64,000 bases of DNA, from positions 8,432,001 through 8,496,000 of the forward strand of contig JAWMAR010000026.1 of the NCBI GenBank assembly GCA_036785375.1. Reading direction: 5' to 3'. The DNA is from Leucoraja ocellata. Taxonomy: Eukaryota. The notes under the pieces are model-generated. The model did no database searches, was not told where the DNA came from, and worked only from the letters and a program-made list of their open reading frames with translations. The translations under genes and the position numbers were made by a program. Of the stretch, positions 51,501 to 63,981 are shown in pieces (the stretch's first letter is position 1; each line of letters begins with the position of its first letter).

Positions 51501-54184
51501 GAAATGTTTCGTTTACAAGGACTTGATTCCACTACTCTAGGTAAAAGGCGATGCATATACTAGATTTATTCCGGTCATGATCAGATACCCCTCAATAAGT
51601 TCACCCCTTACGCTCCTGCGCTGCAAAGAATAAAGTCCTGGCCTGCTCCGGCTCTCCCTATAGCTCAGACCCTCGCGTCGTGGCAACATCCTCGTAAATC
51701 TGCCCTATACCATTTCCAGCTTAAATACATCATGCGTAGTTGCAGAGGCGGATCCGATAGGGGCATCTTAGATATTTTTAAATTGGCAAATATAGGGAAT
51801 GAAAGGATATGTCTCACACAGAGCGGAGATTTATTTAGTTTGGCACCATATTCGGCACTGAAATTGTGGGCCGAAGGACCTATTCATGTTCTATCTTTAG
51901 GAGTTGTTGAATTGATTTTTGAGTAGTTATAAGTTTCGAAAATGATGGGATGCTTTAGGTATTTGTCGTCTTCGCAATACATGTCACGGCACTTAAACTG
52001 GACAAGGTATGGTAGCGTGTCTGTGTGTATTCAGTAAACATAGAAACATAGAAAATAGGTGCAGGAATAGGCCATTCTGCCCTTCGAGCCTGCACCGCCA
52101 TTCAATATGATCATGGCTGATCATCCAATTCAGTATCCTGTACCTGTCTTCTCTCCATTACCCCTGATGCCTTTAGCCACAAGGGCCACATCAAATCCCT
52201 CTTAAATATAGCCAATGAACTGGCCTCAACTACCTTCTGTGGCCGCGAATCCCAGAGATTCACCACTCTTTCTGTGAAAAATGTTTCCTCATCTCGGTCT
52301 TAAAAGATTTCCCCCGTATCCTTAAACTGTGACCCCTTGTTCTGGACTTCCCCAACATCTGGAACAACCTTCCTGCATCTAGCCTGTCCAACCCCTTAAG
52401 AATTTTGTAAGTTTCTATAAGATCCCCCCTCAATCTTCTAAATTCTAGCGAGTACAAACCGAGTCTATCCAGTCTTTCTTCATATGCAAGTCCTGACATC
52501 CCAGGAATCAGTCTGGTGAACCTTCTCTGTACTCCCTCTATGGCAAGAATGTTCTTCCTCAGATTAGTAGTTGCTGATGTGGGATTGAAATGTGCGGTGG
52601 GATATTTCCACCCAGAAATCGAGTACGACGCTGACGTGTAATTATCATTCGTATTGTAACTTCTGTTCTCCCACTCGACGCTCTGCTGAGTTCCAATGAA
52701 ACTCGAAGTAAAATGACGGATAACGTTTTGATTAATATTCTCGATTTGCAATTTAATCATTTGAATTCTGGTACTACTTTCATCTCCTTTGTTTACATGG
52801 TTTGTGACTTGTCGCATTAATCTCAGATTTTCCCCCGTTTATCATGTAATTTTTTTTGTCTTCCACCCATACTAATGCGCCGCCACGCACCCCACCTATT
52901 CTTCCCTGCTATACCTCTGAATTTCTTGAACAATTTTCATCATGAACTTTTGTTACTTCCGCTATAACGTTGTCGGCAGAAACTAATTTATGTAGTCGCA
53001 GATGTGTTGTGACTAGTATTTTCTCATTGATTTTCTTTGAAACTATGAATTCCTAAAATCATGGTAGAATAGTCTGTCAGAAGATTGCGGTTAGAATATA
53101 TCACGCTCACTATTCACCAAATGTTTCTTCTAACAACATACGTGTTGTTAACATTTACTAGTTGAACTAGAAATAGCTACATAAATGGTCAAACATGGAT
53201 ATTCTGCATCAAAGAGCACCATTCGCGACCCCCCTAGAATGCTCCATCATCTGGATGTCACAGGTCTCGACTCGAACGCAATGTTTTTTTGACTGAACAA
53301 CTTTAGCTACAATACTCACCAACATATGATAGCTTATATTTAATTGACTACTATCTGCAATTTTAATCTATACTTTCGCTGGATACAGTTGAGGGGCCGC
53401 CAAGAAAATTAACCCTACACATATAAATAATAACTAAATGATAGGAAATTAAAGAATAATGATTGTCCAAAGATCTCATGATCCAACAATCACGAAAAAC
53501 CAATTACTTAAATCGTTAGAGCAAAACTTCTAGTACAGACTGAGAAAGGGTCCGTTTATTGCTACTTTATAACTCTGTAGCACACCATATTTCTGTGTTT
53601 GTATTGTGATTCGAAACATCAAGTAAGACTCACCGTGTACAATAATCCTCGTGCCATTGCTTTTGGAAGTCTTTCCATTCCCGCCTCTCACACTGCAATA
53701 ATAGATCCCGGAGTCACGGAAGCTCACGTTCAACAGATGTAATTCGGCCGATCCCTTCAGGACATTGTTCATTATCATCCTACTGTTTGCGGTGGGATTC
53801 AACGTCCCTTCTTGACCGTCTCTCTTCCAGTATACATCCACCAGTGCATTCTGACCGAAGTTCGGGAAAGTACAGTATAGGGATACATTTTCACCTTTCA
53901 CTTTCGTTACCTCATCGGGAACCTGACGCGCCCTGAACGAGGAGGCCTCTTCAGTAACTGTCAAAATTAAAAACAAACGTTAAACATGTGAAATGACAAT
54001 GAACGGATTGATAAAAAAATCAAAATGGCTGAAATAGCTCGACCGAAAATTAAGCGTTGTACATCTTATACTTTTCGCGGATTGACCTTTTCCCTGTTAT
54101 TTTCGTTTAATAGAGGGAAATATGTTAACCTGTGTGACTCATATGCAGGATCGAGAGATACAGTAGCACGGCAAACATAAACAT
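45560..54184 (-). CDS. Gene B2: activating-type paralog of B1 (TM arginine, truncated tail), 272 aa
   Basis: Leader 54130-54184, V 53634-53957, C1 49336-49617, TM 46261-46371 (LIYFRAGGFAICVLIILAVVFFV). Cyt1 45560-45606 ends in TGA after a 1-nt deletion relative to B1. Confidence 0.85.
46261..46371 (-). CDS. B2 transmembrane exon with Arg (codon 46343-46345)
   Basis: GTSLKLIYFRAGGFAICVLIILAVVFFVRWYELDSTE; CTG>CGG relative to B1. Confidence 0.85.
46870..48220 (-). mobile_element. CR1-type LINE RT fragment
   Basis: ORFs 47032-47568 (QHGFMKGKSCLT...YLDFQKTFDKVPH...KFADDTKLGG) and 47571-47783. Confidence 0.88.
49336..49617 (-). CDS. B2 C1-set exon
   Basis: Same length and boundaries as the B1 C1 exon; 9 amino-acid differences counted by eye. 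Confidence 0.9.
52035..52565 (-). mobile_element. CR1-type LINE 3' end, block 2 only
   Basis: NLRKNILAIEGVQRRFTRLIPG...RTRGHSLRI; (CATAGAAA)n tail on plus. Confidence 0.85.
53634..53957 (-). CDS. B2 V-set exon
   Basis: Same length and boundaries as the B1 V exon; 6 amino-acid differences counted by eye. Confidence 0.92.
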
Positions 54185-56089
54185 TCTGAACAAAGGGGGT
54201 GAAATTCAACGATGTTTGCTCTTTGACAGCGAGTCAAGCAGTGAAGCTTGTTGGCGAGCGTCTTGCAGCAATGGTTCCGTTTCACTTTTTGACGTCATAG
54301 CGCTGAAAAGCACACTTTGTGTCACGGAGAACACAGACGTTGCAGATATTATCCAGAGAATATGGCGCATTTTGTGTATCATGGAACGTTTTGATTTGAT
54401 GCAGCTTCGCTTATGTCACAAACCCGGTTAATTTTTACCGATGCTTTATATGATATGGCCAATCGAAAGTAGAATATCAAAGTAACGTAACGAGAAATAC
54501 ATAAATAGGATTCGTGGAATGTGTCGAAAGGAAATGCTACGCCAGTCAAATCTAAGCGCTTTACAGATACTGCAGCTGTTGGAATGCGAAAAGAAAACCC
54601 CCGCGTAGAACAAATAATCATATTCTGTACATTATCTCTGCCTTGGGAAAAAGTCAAATAAGGCTTATGGATGTGACGTTGAATAACGGACGGGCGCATG
54701 GGATAAAGGAACATAAATACTTTCAAAACATAAATGTTACTAAAGAATTTAGAATGTAAAGAATATAGAAACAGTCCCATCGGAGCACCTAATCCACACC
54801 AACTATCGATCACCCCTTCACACCAGTTTCATGTTATCCCACTTTCTCACCCACTACCTGCACGTTAAGGGCAAATTACAGCAGCCAACAAAGCAGTAAG
54901 TCTTTGGGATCCAGGAAGAAATCAGAGCACACGTAGGAAATCCATGTGGTTACAACGATAAATTGCAAATTCCACACAGACAGCACCGAACGAAGTTAGG
55001 GTCGAACGAGGATCCCCGCCAATGTGAGGCAGCTTCTCGACCAGTTGCCACCATTGAAGAGGATTATGCGTCCACGCATTGATGAATTCTAATCAGCTGG
55101 TCTTCTATGTTGTTTAAGAAGGAACTGCAGATGCTGGAAAATCGAAGGTAGACAAACGTGCTGGAGAAACTCAGCGGGTGCAGCAGCATCTATGGAGCGA
55201 AGGAAATAAGCAACGTTTCGGGCCTAAACCTGTTCTGTTCACAGATTTGTAGAATTTTGAAATATATATATTGGATATTATCCTTCGAGGTTCTATAGAT
55301 TCAGTCATTATTCCAGGGTAGTTCTAAACAGCAAATGTGAAACTTCCGTTTGGTTTCCAATGTTTCTTGGGTAGTTTATGTGGGGATGGGGGGGGGGGGG
55401 GGGGGTATTTTGGGAAACATTGTTTCAATCACTTACTTCGACCGAGATGCGATTTGCTCCGTGCCGAATCTCTCCCCCCTCCCCCCCCCCCCCCCCCTTT
55501 TTTTTGCGGCCTAACATCCTGGAGTGGTGCACCTTTCCTGGATACCGGCTCGGAGCTTCAGGTGCGAGCGCGGCGCCGAGCCGGGGATCCTTTACCGAGG
55601 ATCGCCAGAAGAAGAGCTCCGATTGCGCGGCCTGTGGACTTGAACCTCGGTCTCCGGTAGCCCTCGGTCTCCGGTAAGAAGAAGCCGGCTCTGGAACTGC
55701 ATGCCGCGGCTGTTCCAATCCGACCCGACGCCGGAGTTTTGATCATCCCGACGAGAGGGCCTGGACATCGGACTGTCGGCAGCGGCGAACTGCAGAGTGT
55801 TCAAGGCCCCGACCACCACGGGTGAACAAAGGAGGAAGATGACTGAACTTTATTGCCTTCCATCACAGTGAGGAATGTTGATTCCACTGTCGTGCATGTT
55901 CATGTTAAATTTAATTTATGTGTGTATTGTGCTCTTTTCACTTAGTATGGCTGTGTGGTAACTCAAATTTCACTGGACCTTAGTTGATTAAGTGACAATG
56001 AACGCGAACTTGAACTTCGACTTTGGCAGCGAGAGCAAGAGAGGGATAGGATCGCCGCAAAAAGAGAAGGTTAGATCAAGTGTCATCGC

Positions 56090-56258
56090 CAGGGCCGGAT
56101 TTACGTATAAGCTTCACAAGCTTAAGCTTAGGGCCTCGGGAGGACCGGATTTACCTATCGGCTTCATGGGCTGATTGGAAGGGGCCTTACATAGGGGATT
56201 GAGAGGGGCCTCACAAGTGGAATAGCCTAGGGCCTCTCTTCATCTAAATCCGGCCCTG
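56090..56258. mobile_element. hAT-type MITE with 14-bp TIRs and 8-bp TSD
   Basis: TIRs CAGGGCCGGATTTA / TAAATCCGGCCCTG; TSD GTCATCGC at 56082-56089 and 56259-56266; single empty site GTCATAGC near 25978 in block 1. Confidence 0.88.
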
Positions 56259-58219
56259 GTCATCGCAAACATGTGCTGCCTTGTAATTCTTGTTGTGCAC
56301 ACCGTGGTGCGTCTGCAAGTGGCTGCTGCTTATTTGGGGGTTTCCGCAGACTTTCAATCTTCCGAAAGCTTTTCAAAATCGGAGCTCGGTGAAAAGAGCA
56401 CATGGAATAGGGATCAGCAGAGACGTGTGAATTGTCACTTGGTTGATGATTCGAAAGCAAAGAACCGGAATAAACAGACATTTCTCAATGTGGCAGATCG
56501 TGACCAATGAGTATGAAATGATCCTTTATTGAAGTATGAACAGGTGGATTCGGCAAGGTGACCAATTGTAGCGTTGCCTTAAAAATACGTGGTGAGTAAG
56601 ATGTCACGACAAATGAAATACAATGAAGAAATGCCGTGTCAGGTGGAGTACCATGAGGGGAAATTTAAATTATGCACACCAATGGAGAGACAGTGCACAG
56701 GTGCCCCATTATATGTTTTAGGGTGAGATATGCGGAAATGTTGATATTCAAAGGTACCTGCAAGTCACCGAAGTCTATTCATTATTCATTTGCACCAAAC
56801 AGTGAGGTTCGACAAGCAAGTGGTAAGTTAATGTTAGACAAAAATGCAGGAGAAACTCAGCGGGTGACGCAGCATCTATGCAGCGAAGGAATAAGGATCT
56901 CGGCCCGAAACGTTACCTGTTCCTTCTCTCCGTAGATGCTGGCTCAACCGCTGAGTTTCTCCAGCATTTTGGTCTACCTTCGAATTTTCCAGCATCAGCA
57001 GTTGTTTCTTAAACAGAAAAAGCTGGAGTAACTCAGCGGGACAGGCAGCATCTTTGGAGAGAAGGAATAGGTGACGTTTCGGGTCGAGACCCTTCTGCAG
57101 ACTGGTTAGGGATAAGGGAAACGAGAGATATAGACGGTGATGTGGAGAGATAAAGAACACTGAATCAAAGCTCTGCAAAACAAGTAACGATGATAAAGGA
57201 AACGGGCCATTGTAAGCTGTTTGTAGAGTGACATTGAGAAGCTGTTGCGACTTGGGCGGGGGAGGGATAGAGAGAGAGAGGGAATGTCGGGGCTACCAGA
57301 AGTGAGAGAAATAAATATTCATACGACTGGGCTGCAAGCAGCCCAATCGAAATATCAGATGGTGTTCTTCCAATTTGTTTTTGCTATAGAATTTCACTAC
57401 CAGAATGCACTTGTCATCTTACAACAAGCTACTGCCTAGTTGAGACCACATCCGGCCGAACATTTACTTCATTTACTCCAAAAGTGAACAATTCCAAAAC
57501 TATAGATCTCAGAGAAAATTCACGTGGTCACAAGGAGAACGTACAAATTCCATAAGACAGCACCCGTGGTCAGGATCTTACACGAGTCTTTGCCGACCCT
57601 GTCTACCATACCACCCCCATTAATGGCATCTGCAGACATTGTTCTCATGCCTTGTTTCTTCTCATCCAAATTGTTGACATAAAACACAAACAGCAATGGA
57701 CCCAGCCCCGATCCATGAACACAGCAAGAGTCACAGCCTTCAATCTGAATTTTTTTTAAATATTATTCCTTCCAGAAATCAGATTTTCTGCCCATTAAGC
57801 TAGCTCTCACGCCATCTAGCTTTCCAGGGTAACTTGGCATGCAGAATCTTCCATAAAAAAACATTTTCTCTCTCCTTGCCATCTTCAACCTTCTAATTTG
57901 CTTCTTCAAAACTCTTGGTCATGTGTTCATAAAGCTGCATATATCTTATCTCAGAATGCTCTCCAGTAACATATCTGCCATAGATGTCAGGCACAGATCT
58001 ATAGATCCTAGGCTTTTCCTTGCATGAAACACATGAAGATCAGGGAACTTGGGGGCAATCAATGGAAGTATCTTGAGGGCAGTCTGTATTACGATAGAGG
58101 TGCTCAACGTCCTAACGTGTAAAAGGTAGAGAAATCCTCCGGGCCTGATCAGATTTATTCGAGAACACTGCGGGAAGATAGAGAACAAATTGCAGTTGAC
58201 CTGGCTGAAATATGAGTCA

Positions 58220-58968
58220 TCAATGGGGTTAAGTTAGGTAAGGGGACGGTGCAGCGAGACCTGGGTGTCCTTGTACATCGGTCACTGAAAGTTGGCTTAC
58301 AGGTACAGCAGGCAGTGAAGAAAGTTAATGGAATGTTGGCCTTCATAACAAGAGGATTTCAATATAGGAGTAAAGAGGTTCTTCTGCAGTTGTATTGGGC
58401 TCTGGTGAGACCACATCTGTAGTATTGTGTACAGTTTTGGTCTCCTAATTTGAGGAAGGACATCCTTGTGATTGAAGCAGTGCAGCGTAGTTTCACGTGA
58501 TTGATCCCTGTGATGGCGGGACTGTCATTTGAGGGTAGATTGAAAATACTATTCACTGGAGTTTAGATAGATGAGGTGGGATCTTATAGAAACATATAAA
58601 ATTATAAAAGGACTGGGCAAGCTAGATGCAGGAAAAATGTTTCCAATGTTGAGCGAGTCCAGAACCAGGGGCCACAGTCTTAGAATAAAGAGGAGGTCAT
58701 TTAAGTGTGAGAAAAACGTTTGCACCCAGAGAGTTGGGAATTTATGGAATTCCCTGCCACAGAGGGCAGTGGAGGCCAAGTCACTGGATGGATTTAAGAG
58801 AGAGTTAGATAGAGCTCCAGGGGCTGGTGGAATCAAGGGATATGGGGAGAAGGCACGCGCGGGTTATTGATAGGGGACGATCAACCATGATCACAATAAA
58901 TGGCGGTGCTGGTTTGAAGGGCCGAATGGCCTCCTCCTGCACCTAGCTTCTATGTTTCTATGTTTCTA
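58220..58968 (+). mobile_element. CR1-type LINE 3' fragment
   Basis: ORF 58571-58870; (TTTCTATG)n tail. Confidence 0.85.
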
Positions 58969-61459
58969 TCATTAAATGTGGGTGAGGTGCCGGAAGATTG
59001 CAGGGTGGCACTTGTACATGTAGGAACTGGAGCTGCTGGTTTAAAGCGAAGATGGGCATAAAATGCTGAAGTAACTCAGCGGGACAGACAGCATCTCTGG
59101 AGAGAAGGAATGAGCGACGTTTTGGGACGAGACCCTTCTTCAGAGGGTTTGGATTGGAGGGCTCTGAATAGTGGTGTGCCTCCAGGATTGGTGCTGGGCC
59201 CATTGCTGTTTGTGGGTTACTGTATATCAACGATTTGGATGAGAACATACAAAGCCGGATTATTGCAGATGACTGTTAATTGGGTAATATTGTAGATAGC
59301 GAAAACGGTTATCAAAGGTTACAGCGGGATCTTGTTCAGTTGGGCAAGTGGGCTGATGAATGGTTAACGAGTTTAATGCATTTAAGTGTGAGGTTTTATA
59401 TTTTGGGAAGTGAAATGTGGGCAGGACCTTAATAGTAAACGGCAAAACGTTTGTGGAGCTGAAGGGTCAAGGTGTGCTGGTACAGTACATAGTTCCTTGA
59501 GAGTGGTGTCACAGGTAGATAAGGTGGTTAAAAAAAGGTATAGGCGTTCATCAGTCAGGATAATGAGTATAGAATTTGGGATGTACACAAAAATGCTGGA
59601 GAAACTCAGCGGGTGCAGCAGCATCTATGGAGCGAAGGATATATGTAACGTTTCGGGCCGAAACCCTTCTTCAGACTGATAGGGGGTGGCAGAGAGTAGG
59701 AAGGAAAAAGGGAGGAGGAGGAGCCCGAGGGCTGGGGGATGGGAGGAGACAGCTCGAGGGCCAAGGAAGGGGAGGAGACATCAAGGGCTAACAAAATTGA
59801 TGTATGTTGTATAGAATTTGGGATGTTATGTTATAACTGTATAAGGAGCTGGGGAGCAGTTTCCCACGTGATAGTGGGGATATGAAATGAACTTCCAGAT
59901 GAGATTATTGAGGCTGAAACTACAACAAAATTTAAAGGACATTTGAACAGGACAGGGATGGCTTTGGAGACCAAACGCAGGTAGATGAGCCTAATGCAGA
60001 TGGGACACCGTGATCGGCATGATGCATTCCAGCCCCTCTGCCAACATATATCTGTGTAAAGAGCTTGCCCCATACATCAATATCAAACTTCCCCCACTCA
60101 GTTTATATGTTTATATCCATGCCCTCTTATGTTGGACATTTCCCACCCTAGGATAAATTTGTGACAGACTACCCTATCTATGCCCGTCACTTAAAAAATA
60201 ATAATTTGATCTATTATCCCCTCAGCCTCTGACATTCCATAGAAAAGAATCCAGGTTTATCCAACCTCTCCTTGTAGCTGAAACTCTCTAATCCATGCAA
60301 TGTTCTAGTAAACCTCCGCTGCACCCTCTCAAATGCATCCACACCATGTCACTATTTCATTTGAACTAATTTAACAGTGACGTTCATTCAACACTTAGAT
60401 AAACAAGATGTTTTCGTACTTTTTATTTCTTCTCTAAATCACAAATATTTGATCAGAAATACGCCGAATGAGTTAACATTGAGCATGTCTCTGCCTGATG
60501 GAAATGTATCCATCGCTTCACTAATTTCAGACGTTCACAGATAGTTCACGTATATCACGTAGTCACCAGCTGATGTCAATGAGGAAGCTTTATGGTTACT
60601 GTTTAGATGTAGTAAGACGGGAGATGCGTGCGGCTTTCAGGTGTGTCACCTCAACACTGGAAGCCCCGGTTGAATCTGGCCGCCAGTGTGTTTTTTCCCG
60701 TTCTCCATTTGACCACGTCATGAGGTCATAAGCGATAGGAGTAGAATTAGGCCATATGGCCCATTAAGTACATTCAATCGTGCCTGATTACTCTTTCCTC
60801 TTAACCCAATTCTACCCATAACCTTTGACACCTGTATTATTCAAGAACTAATCTCAGGCACCTGTACTAACCACGTGCTCCGTTAATTCACATATATCGA
60901 AAAATTGAGTCGATAAGGTGGTGCGTTGCGTTGGTGGGTGATGGAACGGGAGAGTGCATTGAAATGGATTTTGAGAGAATAAACTGGTATTAATGTACAA
61001 CCTTGCTTGACACACGAGGTCGTTGGACCAAACAAACTGCGACGCCAGGTATTATTTTGTGACAGTGCATGGAAACGGACGAAATTAAACATTTCTGCCT
61101 ACTGATACAACAGTCCAGTTCAACCCAAAGCAGACTTGTCCAATCCATAAACGCCAAACGGCAATATATGCATAATGGATTTTAATGCAAGTATGTTAAT
61201 TTAGTCAATGTAATTATTCTAATTAAATACCTTTGTTAAATTGCGGTCATTTCAAATGCGACTTCACATCATTCCGAATTGCAATTCGAAGTTGAGAACA
61301 GTTAAAACTCACTTTAACATTACAATTTGAAGAATAACCGTGCAACCAATATGAGCTCGTAATCGAATTAGTTGTGAAGCTTTCAACACAATACCTCATA
61401 GCATTATCTACACGACGTTTGACAACCTGGAACATTAAATTGAAGATAAATATGAACAA

Positions 61460-62300
61460 TGCAGTCGGTAGGGGGCGCTGCAAGTCGGCAGCCCTGCCAG
61501 CAGCCTGTCCGTTTTTTCTACTTTTTTGTTTATTTTAGTGTGTTTAAATGTGTGTTTTTTATGTTCCTCTATGTCTCTTGTGTGGGGTGGGGGGGGGGGG
61601 GGGGTAAGGGAGAACCCGTTTCGGTTTTATCCATGTCGCCTCCCCGTGACCTAACCGAGGATCGGTGCGGCCTTTCCCGGAGACCTGCCCGAGGCTTCAG
61701 CCGTGGGCGCAGAGCGGAACTCTCGGCCTGGAGCGGGCGAGCCCTCGCCGGCGCTCGCCGGAGGGGAGCGCTCCGTTCAATGGCGTCGTCCTGGGCCTGG
61801 GATCCCTCGACGGGGACCCGGGAGGAGAAGAGCTCCAACCGCCGGACCGCGGCCAACTTCGCCCGCGGGCGCGGCGGAAACTTACCATCAAGAGCGGGGT
61901 CCCTCATCCCTGGACAGGAGCTTCGACCGCCGGCCCTGTGGTCTGCGGTGCTTCTGGCTGCGGCGCGGCGGGAACTTTAAATCTTCGACCGCCGGCCTGC
62001 GGCCTACACCAACCTGAAGTCGCGGTCTCCGGTAGGGGAGCACCGATTCAGGACTTACCTGGACTTTTTACCTTGTCTGCACATCTGGACGCCCGCAGCG
62101 GCGGCTGCGGATGGTTGAAGTCCCGACCACGGGGGACAATGGAGGAGGACTGGCCAAATGTTGTGCCTTCCACCACAGTGATGAATGCTGTGGTGGATGT
62201 TTGTGTTAAATTTTTATTGTGTTTTTGTGTGTTTTTTTTCGTTGTATCGCTGCTGGCAAAATGTGACGAATAAAACTGATTGGTTGATTGATTGATTGCT
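61460..62300 (+). mobile_element. GC-rich non-autonomous retro-like repeat (related segment near 55340-56020)
   Basis: GC-rich core, shared 3' motif gccttccaccacagtga.gaatg, AATAAA and (GATT)n tail; no coherent protein. Confidence 0.45.
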
Positions 62301-63318
62301 TTACATTTACTTACTATAATATAATCTTGACGTTAATCTGTGAGCCTGTCGCCCGTTTAACATCTTAAATATAAGCTTACCTAAAATGAGGAAAAAATGT
62401 ACTCGGAGGTCCGCTCCAGTTCATGTAAGGTCTAATAATTAGATTATATACAGCCGGTAATGAAGACCTGTTAGTTTAATCGTTTCAGGCGGAGTATAAA
62501 AATAAGGACATTTGAATGAGTGAATGATTACGCTCTCTACATTCTTTTACTTTCGTGCGGTCTAATTATTGCCTGACCTGTTCCGGATTGAGCCACGCAT
62601 TTAGTTTCCATTCTTCAAAGTCCCATCAAGTAAGCGCGTAAATGTTCTGTGATTGCACATGAAGGAGACCATTCTAGCAGATGCAGAGCCACATGATTGA
62701 CGCATTCTTTCCTTTCAGATCGGAAAATTCATTGCCGATTTCGTTGAACTCATCTCAACTTTAGGCGTGTTTCCTCTGCGGATTTTGCATGTAGGTACAG
62801 CTTTTTTTTTTACAAAACATAGTTTCAATTTGTGTTCATGGGTAGCTCACCCCAATTACTAGTATGTTTCAGGTGACATTGAAAGCGAACCACATTAATG
62901 GGTTGAAATTACATTGCCTCGATTGGGGCAAGGTTATCCTATGAAGGGCTTAATTCAGCCACACGAGATTTCAAGAACAACCCCGCAATTTAGTTATCAT
63001 TAAGACTAAATTATTTTAGGGGGGGGGGGGGGGGGGGGGGTCTTATTTGGCATCTTATTTTAATTAGATCCTCTCACGAGGCCGAAAATCGAGAAATGGT
63101 CGATGTGCGCACTGTTTGATGTCCTCAAATAAAACAGCCTTCTATTTCCTGACTCAATTTCCGCCTTCAGGCACTCAGCCAGGCCCTATATTAAAAGCAA
63201 CGCATTTCTCGACCATGTCATGGGGTGACCGATGTGATGAGGAGTCAGTGTAGAATATACCGTGACGATTATTAACCAGACCTTCATCTTTCCCAGCCAG
63301 GCGTGCTTAGTAGTCGAT

Positions 63319-63981
63319 ATGTTTCTGAAAGTGTCACCTTGGACGATATATTTCCTTGGAATTTTGAATGCGGGTAAATTAGGGCTTCTATTGTTTTTTA
63401 TTTATGTGTCTTCAAATTAGGCAGATATGATAGTTGTACCTTATAATGTTATGTCGAATTATCCATAAAGTCATTGCTGTCGTATGAGTTCTGGAAAGGA
63501 GGGTAATTTACGAAACCTTTACGAGGACACAAAAAGCGGGCATAATTATTATCTGGGCTCCCATTGTAAATATTTGGGCTGAGTGCAATAAGATTTTTGC
63601 CTGCAGTGTTACATTTCCATTGCTGTATATCAATGACTAAACTGGATTTGCACCATCTATTGACAGCTGCTGAGAACAGGTCGGGCAAGACGATATCGAA
63701 TGTTGCAAATCAGAATACGGTGATCAGTGGCATAAATTTTACATGTCGGTGTCCCTTCCCCTTCAATGTAAATCTGACAAACCTGGAGGTTTTCTGGTGG
63801 AAAGATGGAAATAAAGGCTTCCTGAAAGAAGATAGCAGGAAAATCTTCACTATACGGGCAGGAGGCGCCTACCTGCACCTGCTGAATGTCACGGTCTCGG
63901 ACGCCGGAACATACAAATGTCTTGCAAAACAAGCGGGCCGAACGGTTGGGAAGGAAACAAGAGAGCAACTGATCGTATATG
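63319..63981 (+). CDS. Gene A3 (5' part): leader 63319-63373 and V-set exon 63667-63981 of a divergent family member
   Basis: Leader MFLKVSPWTIYFLGILNA|gtaaat. V: AAENRSGKTISNVANQNTVISGINFTCRCPFPFNVNLTNLEVFWWKDGNKGFLKEDSRKIFTIRAGGAYLHLLNVTVSDAGTYKCLAKQAGRTVGKETREQLIVY|gtgagc. Not shown in the ORF track. Confidence 0.85.

Larger units (their letters stand above)
38540..56510 (+). repeat. Segmental duplication, block 2 (visible homologous part)
   Basis: See block 1; differs by TE insertions and by absence of the equivalent of about 2670-13210. Confidence 0.85.

Noticed and set aside
61459-62273. Overlapping long ORFs in the GC-rich segment
   Set aside because: Stop-poor GC-rich repeat; no domain signature or splice structure.
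63657-63968. ORF-track 103-aa minus ORF
   Set aside because: Antisense shadow of the plus-strand A3 V exon.
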